In this document: positions 25,482-38,800 of the stretch, in pieces | Numbering within the stretch: position 1 is the first letter of the stretch | Layout: every line of letters starts with the position of its first letter | NCBI RefSeq assembly: GCF_902652985.1 | Contig: NC_047016.1 | Coordinates: forward strand, 50,592,001-50,656,000 | Length of the DNA stretch: 64,000 nucleotides | From: Pecten maximus | Lineage: Eukaryota | Direction: 5' to 3' | Program-made: the position numbers and the translations under genes | The notes under the pieces: generated by a model | What the model was told of the DNA's origin: nothing | Databases searched by the model: none | Seen by the model: the letters and a program-made list of their open reading frames with translations, nothing else

Positions 25482-28400
25482 AAAACAAAATATAAAAAAT
25501 AAGAAATAAAGTAAATGTTTGTGTGTTTTCTGGAACTATTTTTGAAACATGTGGTTAAATGATTTAGTTGATATTAATACCAGGACCACGACGCATAAGT
25601 AAGATAGCGATTATATCTATTTACAGTATAACTCGTATACGGTTTTTATGGGAGGCGTGCCTCACATTATAGCATCAGCTAGGATTGGCTTTCATTGCGG
25701 AACCAATCGTTTGGTACCTCAAGCGGCTATCTCCGTAATCACGGGAGACAACTCGTACGGTGTCTTCTCACTTAGCCAACATTCTGAATTTTGAGGTATA
25801 CAGGTAAGGTATTTTGTTGGCCAAGTGACTCTATGTGTGAAAGGTAGAACAATAGGAGATAATTACAGGTAAGGCTATAGACTGCTTCATAAAACTTCAA
25901 ACTTTAATGAGGATATCATCGTGATCTATTTCTATTGAGTCATTTCTTATTTATTTCAATTTCAACAGACCAAAAGGTCCAATTACAGAATCGATAACAA
26001 ATTAATAAAATATATCATAAGATAAAATAAAATGCATAGTAAGAACAAATACGGTATATAAAGAGCATACACGTGTAAAATAGATTTGACGTCCTAAATA
26101 TATATCATCTAGACAATCATGTTATGAACAGTAAAAAACCTAATTCTAAAAACAAATCTCCATGTCCAACTTAAATCTTTCAAGTAAGACGCTAAAAAAC
26201 CTGTCAGAAACATGCCCAAGGTAGTTAATTTGGACACTACATTATCTTACATTAATCCGGCATTTACAGGGACACAACAGAGTTGAGCTACTCAACCTTA
26301 AAAACCGATGTGGAACTAAAAAGTTAATTTCTTCTGTGAAATAACTACAAAGTTCAATCAAACATATAAACTATATGAATTTACGTCTACATTCCAGACT
26401 AGGAAAATTGAATTGTGTACACATTTGCAAGTAAGATAGACCATTATAGTTTAATTTCGATTTAATTAGAGACGTGTATATCACGTAACAGTAATGTTTG
26501 TAAATGGCCTGCAATTACGTTTTAAAAATCCAAATATTGGCATGGCCTTACCAACCATTTATTAAACATGTAATGAAAAGTAAAAATTTTGAGTGAGCCA
26601 TACACCTAAGTCTTTAACATGTGTTTCCTTCTTAAGAGATCCACACGGCAAAAAGGAAAGTTTTGGAAAAACGTACAACAGAGGGTAAATAATTTAAATT
26701 GTGTAGGTTCAGGCGTGACATTACATTGTGTATATAGACATTTTTGGTGTCATCTCACTAACATCACCTCATCAATGGTAGTTGGAATAGCACAAACTTC
26801 TTCACAACAACATTGTTTTATTTCATTAAGAAACACATCACTGCTATAGTTTGATATAATTTTATAAGAACTGGTACGAACGGAATAGATTTCATTTGGT
26901 TTCTTTTCGTAATTTTTTTTTAATAAAATAACTGAATACGTACACACAGATTTAAGTAACAGCGATTAAAGACAATTGTACTTGTTAATACATCTATCAT
27001 TAAAATTACAATTTAAACTTGAAATTAGATATGAGGCTAGGTTTCATAATATATCTCGATTAAATAAAATTGGGTATAGTTTAAGTATTTACCGCAAACA
27101 TATAAGATTTATTATGATAAGTAGCCTACATAAATTCATTTAAATCTTTATCACATAAGTCATATTCAACTTGTCATTTTCATATTTTCTTTCATGAAAA
27201 GTAAGAACAGACTATAGATGAAACTCACTCAGGTGTACATTTTGACATGTTGGTCAGGTAATACAGATACATTTCAGAATGTTGGCTAAGTGAGAATGAA
27301 CCACTCGTACATACCGACACAATACACAACCCATTTATAGCGATAGTATATTTTGAATGTTGTGATTGTTTATTATAATTCTCATAAAATCCCCCAAAAG
27401 AAATATATATCATTTTACATCGACTTTGAATGCCACCAGAGCCTATTAATTATAACAAAACCTATCTACACATAATGTAGGCACACAAGTACTCGGTCAG
27501 TTAGTAGGCCAGGTGACAGACGGTCGAATATTTTACGCGTATCTGATTGTAAGTAAAAACCAACGACCTGCATGAATGAGAAAATAAATAAAGATGTTTT
27601 TTTATTGAAGAGATAATATTTCAACCGTCACATAATGTGTTTATATTTTTATAAGCACGCTTACGCTTGCCATGTTAAAATCGCCTATGAGATGTGACGT
27701 CAAAACCTCTCGCTTTCATTATATTTCCATTCACAGTTTTTATTTTTTTTTTTTTTTAATTTTTTTTCAGTTTCTTTTGGTTCATATATGATGTAGTTAA
27801 ACTATATATGCATTTATGAAAAATATCAAGATTTCAAATAAAGTGCTATTACACGAAAAATGTATATATTTGAGACGTCTGGTGGTAGCCTGTTATCAAA
27901 AATTCATCGCAGAGTTCCAAGTACGAGAAGGGTTGGCAACCGGTATACTCGGTACAAGTACCGTACCGACATTCGTTTTACAAAATACCGGTATTTGCAA
28001 GAATAATAACATTAAAATCTGACATAAAAAACTTGACTTAACAGTTATTTTGTTCAGTTGTTTCAATCACTTACTAAAATGATGTCGCAACTTTATCGCT
28101 ATTTTCTATATAAACATCTATCCTAGCTTTACTTGTAGTTTCGTATCCATATGTCTCATTTTTGTCGTGTGTGTTGAAAAGTCGAAATCAGAAATCAATA
28201 ACTTACAAAAGATTTAATCATCTCTTTAGATGTCATATTTTATATTTCTGTATCAAAATATGTAATTAAATCAACGATCACGTGATCCGTCTGTTCACGT
28301 CTGATCACGTGATCAATCAGTCAAAATGGCGCCTTTTTGATACGGGCTTCATCCGAAACTCTAGTGTGATGTTTGTCACTAGAGTATTTATCAACACGAA

Positions 28401-29782
28401 TTAAAGGCAAGTTGCTTACAAGTTGTTTATCTATTTGTTCACATGTCTACCTTATTTTTTCTTTAATTATATAGGACCAAACTTTGTTTACGATTAGTGA
28501 TTCAGAGCCTGATCAGACTGCATCATTAGAACGAAGTCATACCCTTCCTACACTGCTCTGAGGCAGACATATTGTCGTCCGTCGTCTAGATCTACGTTAT
28601 CGCAGCTAGTATTTCATAAAAAACCCCAGGTATCATGGGTCAGTGATAGTATGCTGAAATCCGATCGTTTATTTTATAAAGCTAACAAAACTACCTTATC
28701 TGTTAGTCGTAGTGGTCATTCCTACATTCGTGATGTTTACACCAATGTACAGAATTTGGAACTTCTGGGATAAGATTTACTGCAGTGGGTTGTGGTATAA
28801 TATTTTCAGATCTAAACGGTCCATCATTAGGGAGTACCCCAACTGGAAAGGCCTTTTATGACAATTTTTACAACTGATGGTTTTATAGGAAATCCAAACT
28901 GATGAATGAACCAGCTTGTCTTAATCTTCAGCTATAAATGTAACCTTTTAAAATTATGTTATGTAATGTACACAAAGCTGTGAAACTTTTGTTATATTAA
29001 TAAATAGCCTGAGTTTTCTCTGGTCCTGGCACCATGTCTGGTGTGGGGCCAGAGCGCACTACTATATGAAAACGTGGAATTATCCGACACCGTTTGGTGT
29101 CGCTAAGAATTTGGTGCAAATACAATAAAATCGGGAGTGACATAACACCTACCTTACATATACGGATAAATGAGATGTTCATTTACCCCAGAACACCCAT
29201 TTAGTCCCACCTAGGTGTTTTATTCCATCCGTATAGACCTTCGCTTTACGCTAGTCAAAATGTCATACTTGACTTGACGCCATATTGCTAAATATGTAGG
29301 TCGCGGTCGCCTAATTACCCTAATCAGTGCGCGATTGAGTGAAAAGGAAAAAAAATACAACAGTTATTTTTATATATTTTACCCCTTATAATTTATAAAT
29401 ACTGAATTTCTGAATTTAATTTAACAGGTTTTGGGAAATAATAAGCTTAGTTTTCTTAATTTAAACTATGCAAGAAGAAAAACACAATAAAAGCATATGT
29501 GGTCTTTACGGTCCATTGCGTTCCGATTCCGGTGGTGACAGCCAGAGTAAAATTGGGCTAATTAATAAAATAAAAAACATTTTTTGATAATCAAAATGTA
29601 TACCAATTGCATACCCTATACTACTTTTTGAAGAATATATATATGTATCATTAATATCTTCAATAAATATTAATATTCAAAAACTTTCAAAATTCATTTA
29701 TTGCTGTGAAATTGTGTAAAAATGTTTATATTGTAACCCTGGTATTAATACTAGCCGCAATATACCGCTCAGCTAGAGAGAT

Positions 29783-29856
29783 CTTCTCTTTAACTCAATT
29801 GGTTGAGTGTAAGACTAGTAAGCTAGAGGCTCCGGCTTCGATCCCTAGCGGAGGCA
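29783..29856 (+). pseudogene. tRNA-derived sequence (tRNA-Thr AGT-like pseudogene or SINE head)
   Basis: A-box-like TAACTCAATTGG, anticodon loop CTAGTAA, B-box-like GCTTCGATCC. The stems are imperfect, so it is probably not a functional tRNA. Confidence 0.55.
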
Positions 29857-29900
29857 GTGATTTAAATTTAATTAAGCATGCGCTCTGTTACACTATTTAT

Positions 29901-30003
29901 CACAGGGGCAGGGGAGGACCTACGTCACAAAAAATAATTGTTAGATAAATAATCTGACAATCATTTTTTTTTTTGTGACGTAGGTTCGCACCTACCCCCT
30001 GTG
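29901..30003. mobile_element. 103-bp palindromic MITE, CACAGGGG termini
   Basis: Imperfect arms; TSD CTATTTAT / ATATTTAT (7 of 8 match). Confidence 0.7.
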
Positions 30004-30778
30004 ATATTTATGTCGCCCAACAAGCCCCTTATTTTAGGCAAAACCCCCTTGATATAATCATCAAACTCTCTTATTGGTCATGTAAAAAGTATGACATGTA
30101 CATAAAAGGATAATTTTGAAACTGATAAGATTTATTATTTTTATTTCATTTTGTGTTTGCACTTGATTTTCTGATATATGTGAGACATTGCTTTCATGTT
30201 ATTGTTTGAAAACGAAGTAGTCATCACATGTAAAAATCTTGAATGGTTATCTTTATTTGTAAGCTATGGGTGCTTTACCAGATAATGGTAATGCTCCAAA
30301 ACAAAAGCCATAGGTTTTTCAGTAACAATAATTGAATCATTTGAGTATCTTTGAATATTGGCCTTTAAATCTTCTGTTTAAAATAGGCACAACAATCTGC
30401 GGGCTATCGCATATATGGACAGCCATTTTAGGATGAAATACCAAAAATACTAAGTACTGTTTCTTATAAGTTAAGTACTTAAGTGTACTTGTTACTTAAG
30501 TGTGTTTTTTACTGTAGGTGACAGTGTATTTCTTGGCACTTAATCAAGTGCTAAAGACATTGCGAGATTTTCATTTACCCCTACATATGTATATTATTAT
30601 TGACTCTTCCAAAAAGGAGCTCTGCGATCGTTTGGTCGACCAACGAGAGGTGTCCTATCAAATCTGTTATCAACCAATCAGATTGCTCGTATTTGAGTGT
30701 TTCGACCTAGTGATGTAAATATTATAATGGCGATATCTACTGCTATTAACAAAGTCATTGGCACTTTTAAGGCTAAAA

Positions 30779-31300
30779 AGACACAAGAGATCCCAGAGGA
30801 ATCTTGGCGCCCACCATTGAATGATCTTTATATGTTCCATGTCAGATTAATCGTCTCTCTATTTTCCCTTCCTCTTACTAATCTGTGTAAATTGAGAAAC
30901 ATCCCTCCAGTACTTTTCAAGCAAGGGGAACCTATATATGAAATTTGAGATTTAGCGATAATGACTGTCTGTCGGCCATGTTGTTTTCCGACTGATACGA
31001 AAATGCAATATGCATAACAAAGGACCAAGGGGAACCTACATATGAAATTTGAGAAAGATCCCTTCAGTACTTTCTGTAAAATAGCTATAACAATCTTCAA
31101 TTGTCAAAATACAAGATGGCTGCCTGTCCGCCATGTTTTTTTTTTCGATTGGTGTCAAAATCTAATATGCATAACTAGACACCAAGGGAAACATACATAT
31201 CAAATTTGAGAAAGATCCTTTCAGTACTTTCTGAGAAATAGCGATAACAAGAATTAATTACGGACGGACGGACCACGGACGCAGGGCGATTTGAATAGCA
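30779..31300. mobile_element. Helentron-associated (pearl/CvA/HINE-like) element with internal tandem units
   Basis: Starts ACAAGAG plus a short hairpin, has repeated AAATTTGAGAAAGATCC...CAGTACTTTCTG units, and ends in a (GGAC)n microsatellite. Confidence 0.55.
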
Positions 31301-31819
31301 AAAATACATTGTAAATGTTTAATAATAATTTAACCTGTCATGTTAAACAATATTAATAGACCCATGTGAATAACAATACTATTCTAATACACAACAGTAT
31401 AATTGACAGTTGTTTTTAGATCAGTATAATAATTAGACTTTGATAATGCAATTCAATAGTACTAGTCTGTGAACTGGACAAGTGGAAGTTTGAAACTCAA
31501 TTGGACAGTTAAGACCGTTATATTCATCAGGATGGTTAAAAGCATTATGTTTATCAGGACGGTTTAAACACTTAAGTATGAATGTTAACTACTTAAGCAG
31601 AAATTTGTTTGAAACACTTAAGTAGAAATATTTAACTATTTAAGTGGAAGCTTGTTTTAAACAATAAGTAGAAATGTTAAACAACCCCACTAAAAGTGTT
31701 GACTTTAAGCATTTAAGTGGATATGTTTAAATACTTTAGTAGAAGTTTGTTTGAAACTTCGATATGGTCAAACCATTACACTGTGTGTCCATCAGAATTG
31801 AAAACCATTTCATCTAATT

Positions 31820-32702
31820 TGTGATGTTATACGACTTTATTCCACAAAACTCCCCGGAGGAAGGTAAAAGACTACAACATATGAAAATGAAAACACAATG
31901 AGAATATGATACAGATGTACACACTGTCACTATGCAAACCATTATGTCTAACATATGCCTTTCTTTCACTGATATTCGAATACAAAACTGATTTTGAGCA
32001 ATAATCGGATATTTAACACAAATATCACTTAATAAACTGACTAGATTTCTTTGCTGGATATATATACACTATCTTTGGAGTATTCATGGATGGACAGAGT
32101 AACAACAATAGTTTAAAACACATTTATAGATATAATTAACTCAAATGACTAATAGGACGTTTTGTCCAAGGTAAGTAATAATAGGACGAATTGACCTAAT
32201 CGCTTTCTGACCAAAATACAACTATAATTCGTCTGATGTCTTATTCCTACACTGTCGCTGAGTAGAATTTACATAAGACATATTAATAAACTAATATACG
32301 AAATAATACTGACATATATAGATCCTAAACATGACTAGATGGCACGGACCATGTGCTTCACTGAATGACAGACAGTTCATATGACTGACATTTCGAACAC
32401 ACATACAGATCATATCTTTTACAGACTAATGTTGACAATCATATAATCAATGCAATAAATGTTCGATCGGCAAGAATTGATATGGACAGGGAATAAACTC
32501 ACCCTGTGGGGGACCTAAAGTTTCCTTTGACATGAAATGTGTACAGTGCCGGAGCACGCCATTGCAAACTTCCTCTAAGATTGCCAAAGGGTACGACTAA
32601 CGTCCGGACCGCAATGTCCGGATCATACTAAAGCTTGGACCGCAATGTCCGGATCATATTGTAATCAAATTAACCCTGTGATACAATAATGGTAACATAA
32701 CA
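31820..32702 (-). repeat. 3' LTR (883 bp)
   Basis: Matches 39132-40003 apart from an 11-bp insertion (ATAAGACATAT). Preceded on the minus strand by PPT TCAGGAGGGGAG (32703-32714). Confidence 0.95.
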
Positions 32703-32841
32703 CTCCCCTCCTGATATGATCTATATCACTACTTAAACACAAACAGATTGTTCAGATTTGTGACACTCAGAAAACATGAGAAATGTTCAAAGTTTCTTAT
32801 CATCAGAAATAATTTCACCTACATAACTAAAATAAACCAAG

Positions 32842-35800
32842 TCAATCAGAACTGGTAAGAAATACAACTTCGGTCACCGGGCGGACAAAATATGAGATTT
32901 TGTTGTCTCGTACAATGCGAATCTCCACTTTTCGCACAAGTTCATCGTCACTCTTGAACACACGATTTATAATTCCAAGAGGCCATTCCATGCGAGCAAC
33001 ACTACGATCTCTCATTAGCACAATGTCACCTTCTTTGAGATTTCTCTGTTGCTGTTGCCACTTGTTGCGCGACTGTAAGTTTACGAGGTACTCTCTCCGC
33101 CACTTTTTCCAAAACTCTTCTGCCAAAACTTGCACGCATTTCCATTGATGCCGATATAAGTCCTTTTGGCTGAGATGTTCACAACTAACGGATGAATTTG
33201 AAGTCTTTTGAGTGAGCAATGCAGACGGCGACAGCACGGAGGGATCTTGAGGATCGGTTGACACAGGAGTAATGGGTCTTGAATTCATGATGGCTGTTAC
33301 TTCTGCCATCAGAGTGGTAAGTATTTCGTGAGTCAGAGTTCTACCTTTCATATCCAGTAGCATGGAATCCAAGATCCTTCGAGCGGTGCCAATCATGCGC
33401 TCCCACACACCACCCATGTGGGAGGCATGTGGGGGATTGAAGCGCCAAACCGTACTGTTCTCCAATAGGAAATTGGCCAGTTTAGGTTCATCCACACTAA
33501 TCGTCTGGAATCCCATATCTTGAGTGCACCCAACAAAGTTGGTTCCATTGTCGGAGCGAAACTCTCTCACAGGTCCTCGAATTGAGATGAATCGGCGTAA
33601 AGCATTTATGAAAGAGGAAGAAGACATTTCCTCAATCACCTCTATATGTGCAGCTCTAGATACTAAACAGGTAAAAAGCACTGCCCAGCGCTTGGATTGG
33701 GATACGCCTCCTCGAGTACGTCTGGTTGTGATGTTCCAGGGTCCAAATACATCTACCCCTACATAAGTGAATGGAGCGCATGGCTCTAATCTGTCAGGAG
33801 GAAGATCGGCCATTTGTTGGTGGCTTGGTTTTCGACGAAGTCGACAGCACGTAACACAAGCATGGAGAATAGAAGAAATTAGGCGCTTGGCACCGGTCAC
33901 CCAATATCCGGCAGATCGCACAGCACCTTCTGTCAGATGCCTTCCCTGATGACGCACCACTGAATGAAAATGTTCGATAATGAGCCTAGCCACATGATGC
34001 TTTCCAGGCACTATGATAGGATTCCGATCCTCCAGCGGGAAGTTTGAGCGGTTGAGCCGACCACCAACGCGAAGAATCCCATCTTGATCCAAGATTGGCG
34101 TCAGAGCAGAGATGCTGCTCTTACTAGGCAAAGTTTTTGATTCCCTCAAACATTGTAGTTCTTCAGAGTAGACTTGCTGTTGAACATCCTGGAGTATAAA
34201 GATCCGGGATTTCTCAAGAAGATCTGTGGTGACTCTTCGGGTATGTGTAGTTGATCGATTTTTACTAGCAATTGCAAGGGACTTGAGGTTAGCAATGCCT
34301 CTTACCAATGAGTTCCACGTAGAGAAACGTTTGACTCGCTCAGCTCCTATACCCTGTGGTGCTGCACAGGAAGTTTTGAGGACTTTGACTTCTTGTCTCA
34401 CCTCAACGTCCTTGCCTGGTTGAACAAGAGGATAACCTGGAGTCTCAAGATCTGTATCCTCCCTTAGAACACTTGATCCCTGCAGCCACATACTTTCTTG
34501 TAGATCGCATGCATTTACACATCTAGTTCCTTCATCTGCAGGATTCTTTTCAGAAGAAACGTGACTCCACTGGGAAGCTTTTGTAAAGCCAAGTATCCTG
34601 TCCACACGGTTGCCGACATAGACGTAAAATCTTCGTACACGATTATGTAAATATCCCAACACGACCATACTGTCAGAGTAAAAGTGCATGTTTTCCGCGG
34701 GAATGTCCAGTTGGTCATTTATGGTGCGACCAAGATCGGTGGCCAAGACAGCAGCGCAGAGCTCTAAGCGCGGAATCGTATGTCCATGCTGTGGTGCGAC
34801 TTTCGCTTTTCCAAAGATAAAGCTTGTACCGATCTGATTATTAGTGTCTTTGGTCCGAAGGTAAGCTACAGCTGCGACAGCGTCCTTTGAGGCGTCGGAG
34901 AAGATGTGTACTTCCTTTTCTAAATCCTCGTATACTGTACCAATTACATACTGTCGAGGGATAGAACAAGTGCGGAGCTGTCCAAGGGAACTGTACCAAG
35001 ATTCCCACTCCCGACGTCGTTCCTCTGGCAGCGGTTCATCCCACTCAGAAGACAACTTAACGAGATCTCTGAAGAGCAACCTACCCCGCAGAATAACAGG
35101 AGCTGCAAATCCGATTGGGTCATAGATACCGTTGATGGTTGATAAAAGACCTCGTTTGGTGTAAGCCTTTTCAGTTACTCCTGCACTAAAGATAAATGAA
35201 TCTGAGGCCAGATTCCAAAGTAATCCCAGACTGCGCTGGACTGGTGGGCAGTCTGTTGAAAGATCGAGATCTCTGATATCTCCTGCCAAGTCCTCACGAT
35301 CAAAGGTTTCAAGTACCTCTCTTGAATTGGATGCAACTTTGTGAAGTCTTATTCCACCGTTTTCCTGTAGACACCTTTGGGTTCTCTTAATGAGTGATAC
35401 AGCGGTAGTCACATTCGGTGCGGAAGCTAGTCCGTCATCTACATAAAAATTCTGTGTAACAAAATTCCGAATGTCCTCGTCAGAATTCTCTGCTGCCTTT
35501 CTAAGACCATAGGTTGCAACTGCTGGAGACGGCGAATTCCCGAAGACATGAGCAGTCATTCGATACTCGATCAACGGCTTGGCAATAGAGTTGTCTGCGT
35601 ACCAGAAGAATCTCAGAAAATTGCGGTGTTCCTGAACTACTTTGAAGCAGTAGAACATTTGTTCTACATCCGCCATGATAGCAATAGGGTCTTTCCGAAA
35701 CCTGAGTAAAACACCCAGAAGGCTGTTAGTAAGATCTGGACCTGTCATGAGCACGCTGTTTAGCGACAGGCCATTTTCCTTAGCCGAAGAGTCAAAAACA

Positions 35801-38800
35801 CAACGAATTTTATCTGGCTTTTTAGGATGGTAAATTCCAAAGAGAGGCAAATACCAACGCTCTTCTTCATCGTCAAGATCAGAAGCAACTTCTGCGTGTC
35901 CCTTATCCAACACTTTAGACATGAACTCCATCATATGGGAACATTTCTGAGAGTCTCTTCGGAGACTTGTATCCAAGGTCCTTGCCCTTCGTAGACTCTG
36001 AGCCCTGTTGTCAGGCAGTCGCGGACGATCCGTTTTTAATGGAAGAGGAGCTTCCCACTGACCATGATCATTTTTCCTGAAGCCAGTGTCCATCACATGT
36101 AAAAACTCTTTGTCCTCCAAGGAAAGACCAGGTTTATCATCATGGGGATTCTTTACAAACAGGGGGAAGTTATCTGTCTTAGGAATGTCTTCTTTGAAGT
36201 CGAAGCAATTGGGACAAGGTTCAAATAATGAAGGACGACCATTGGCAAGGGTGTGTACCTTATTTGCAGTGATGTAGGATGTCTGGTGAACTTTACCAAG
36301 ACACACCTCACCAACAACTACCCATCCGAGCTTGAGGCGCTGCGCATATGGTCCATCTGAGGGCCCTATCCTCTGATCTATGATGTGGTGTGCTGCAGGC
36401 ATGTCACGACCTATCAACATCAGAATATCTGCGTTCCTATCGAGAGGTCGAAGGTGTTGAGAGATGTCCCGCAGATGAGAATGGAAGTGAGCCGCCTCAG
36501 GGGTAGGTATTTCATTACGGTTATTTGGGATATTGTCACATTCCAGTAAGACTGGTAGATCAAGAGCAAAATCTCCATCCATTGACTCCACAACGTATCC
36601 TTGCGCCTTCCTTCCAGAGGAGGAATTAAGTCCAGAACAAGAAGCCATGGTATATTCTGTATATTGGCTATTTTCTCCAAAGCTGTCGAAAAAGGCTGTT
36701 CTGGCTAACGACATGTTGCTTTGATCGTCTATTATGGCGTAGAGACGGATGGATTTGTCTGGCTCTCCTTTAGGATAGACTTTGACCAAAATTGTTTTAG
36801 CACATGATTTGCTGAATCCCCTGGAGTCCTTACACACTTGTGTGCAACTGCTACTAGCTTGAAGATAGTTTGGTTCTCTTCCGGGAGGTGATGAAGGACT
36901 ACACTCCCCTCCATGGACTGGTGGGGACTTCTCCGAGAGAAATTGTTCATGGAGTATTGTAGGGTGACGACTACCACCACAAATATCACACTTCACAGCT
37001 ACTTTACAGGTTTTCGCTAGGTGTTTGTCCTCACAGCATTTAAAGCAATAACCGTTCTTTTTAAGCACTTCTTTCCTTTCCAGCACAGTCTTGGCTAGGA
37101 ATAAGCGACAGTCTTTCAAGCTATGACGGGCACTTCCACCATGAATAGGACAAATATGAGCTGGAGGGACTGGTTTCTCTACATCAGTCTTCTTAGCAGA
37201 CAGCATCATTCTATTTCCGGTCCGTTTACCAACACTGTTAACCTGGGCTTTGACCTGTGTCGATTGTTGAGTGTCAAACTGCAGACCTGGATCGTTCAAT
37301 CGTTCTGTCATACCCTTCATGAAGCCAGTGAAAATGTTAAATGGTGGATAAAGGACGCCTTGGTCTTTCTTGTATCTAAACGCTGTATCCGTCCATTTCC
37401 TTTGTATGAATGCTGGAAGTTTGGCCACTATGGGGTTGATTCCAGCTGAAGAATCTAGGTAGGCCAGGGAAGTGGTGTACATGACATTCTCCTTTAAGGC
37501 TTGCATCTCAATGAGTAGGTCTGACAGTTCATACATCTTTACATTATCTTTGTATGTTAATTTGGGTAATACCTCAAGCCTTTTCTTGAAGGAATGTATA
37601 ACAAGTTCTGGAGCGCCGTAACGACTGTCAAGTCTCTCCCAAATCCTTGTGATTGCTAATCTTTCATCATGAGTGTGTGCAGCCCTGAGGCTCAAAGCTT
37701 GTTGGGTGGACTCGGGTCCTAACCATCTGATAAGAAGATCAAGTTCTTCTGTAGCAGTGACTTCAAGCTCCCTAATGAGATTCTTAAAACTATTTTTCCA
37801 CAATGTGTAACGTTGTGGTTCGTCCGAAAACTGTGTGAATCTAGACAATAATAAATCTCTTTTCATTAGAAACTTTGTGAGTTCATTGGTATCTCTGCAT
37901 GTTGGTTGGAATTCGGTGGCCTCTGGACGAAGCATGCCACATGCAGGTGAATTTGTTGGCTGAAGCATACCAGGTGACGAACTTGGTTGTTGAAGCATAC
38001 CAGGCAACAGACTTGGTTGTTGAAGCATACCAGGTGCAGGACTTGGTTGTTGAAGCATACCAGGCAACAAACTTGGTTGTTGAAGCATACCAGGTGCAGG
38101 ACTTGGTTGTTGAAGCATACCAGGCGACAGACTTGGTTGTTGAAGCACACCAGGTGACAGACTTGGTTGTTGAAGCATACCAGGCAACAAACTTGGTTGT
38201 TGAAGCATACCATGCGCCAGACTTGGTTGTTGAAGCATCCCAGGTGCAGGACTTGGTTGTTGAAGCATACCAGGCGACAGACTTGGTTGTTGAAGCACAC
38301 CAGGCGACAGACTTGGTTGTTGAAGCACACCAGGTGTAGGACTTGGTTGCATTACCTCGCGACCAACATGATCAATTGCACTATTCACAAATGCAGCTGT
38401 TCTTTCTTTTTTAGTCGACCTTATATCATAATCAACAGATCCATTCTCTTCCTCAATAAGATCATGTACTGCATCAAGCTCAGCCTCCGCCTCTTTCAAG
38501 TTTCTTTCTGACCGCAGCAATTTCAGACTCACATCAACCTCTGCTTGTTGTTTCAGAACTTGAGCCTCTTTCTTCATAAATTCTAGTTGAACCTTTGCCC
38601 TTTCATGTTTCAATCTTTGTTTCGTTAATATGTAACTTGCAGACGACTTGTGCGAGCGACTCGACTGAGATGAACATGATGAAGCTTTCGACGAATGGCA
38701 AGGTGTCTTGTGTCCAGCATTAGGTGATTTTGATTCCTCGTGTTCTATTTTAGGTGGTACATACTTCTGAGTGGCCTCTAAAGCTAAATCAATCTTTGAC

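Noticed and set aside
29783-29856. Functional tRNA-Thr gene
   Set aside because: Anticodon and acceptor stems are mispaired.
37866-38511. Repetitive alternative-frame and antisense ORFs
   Set aside because: Artefacts of the 30-bp minisatellite within gag.
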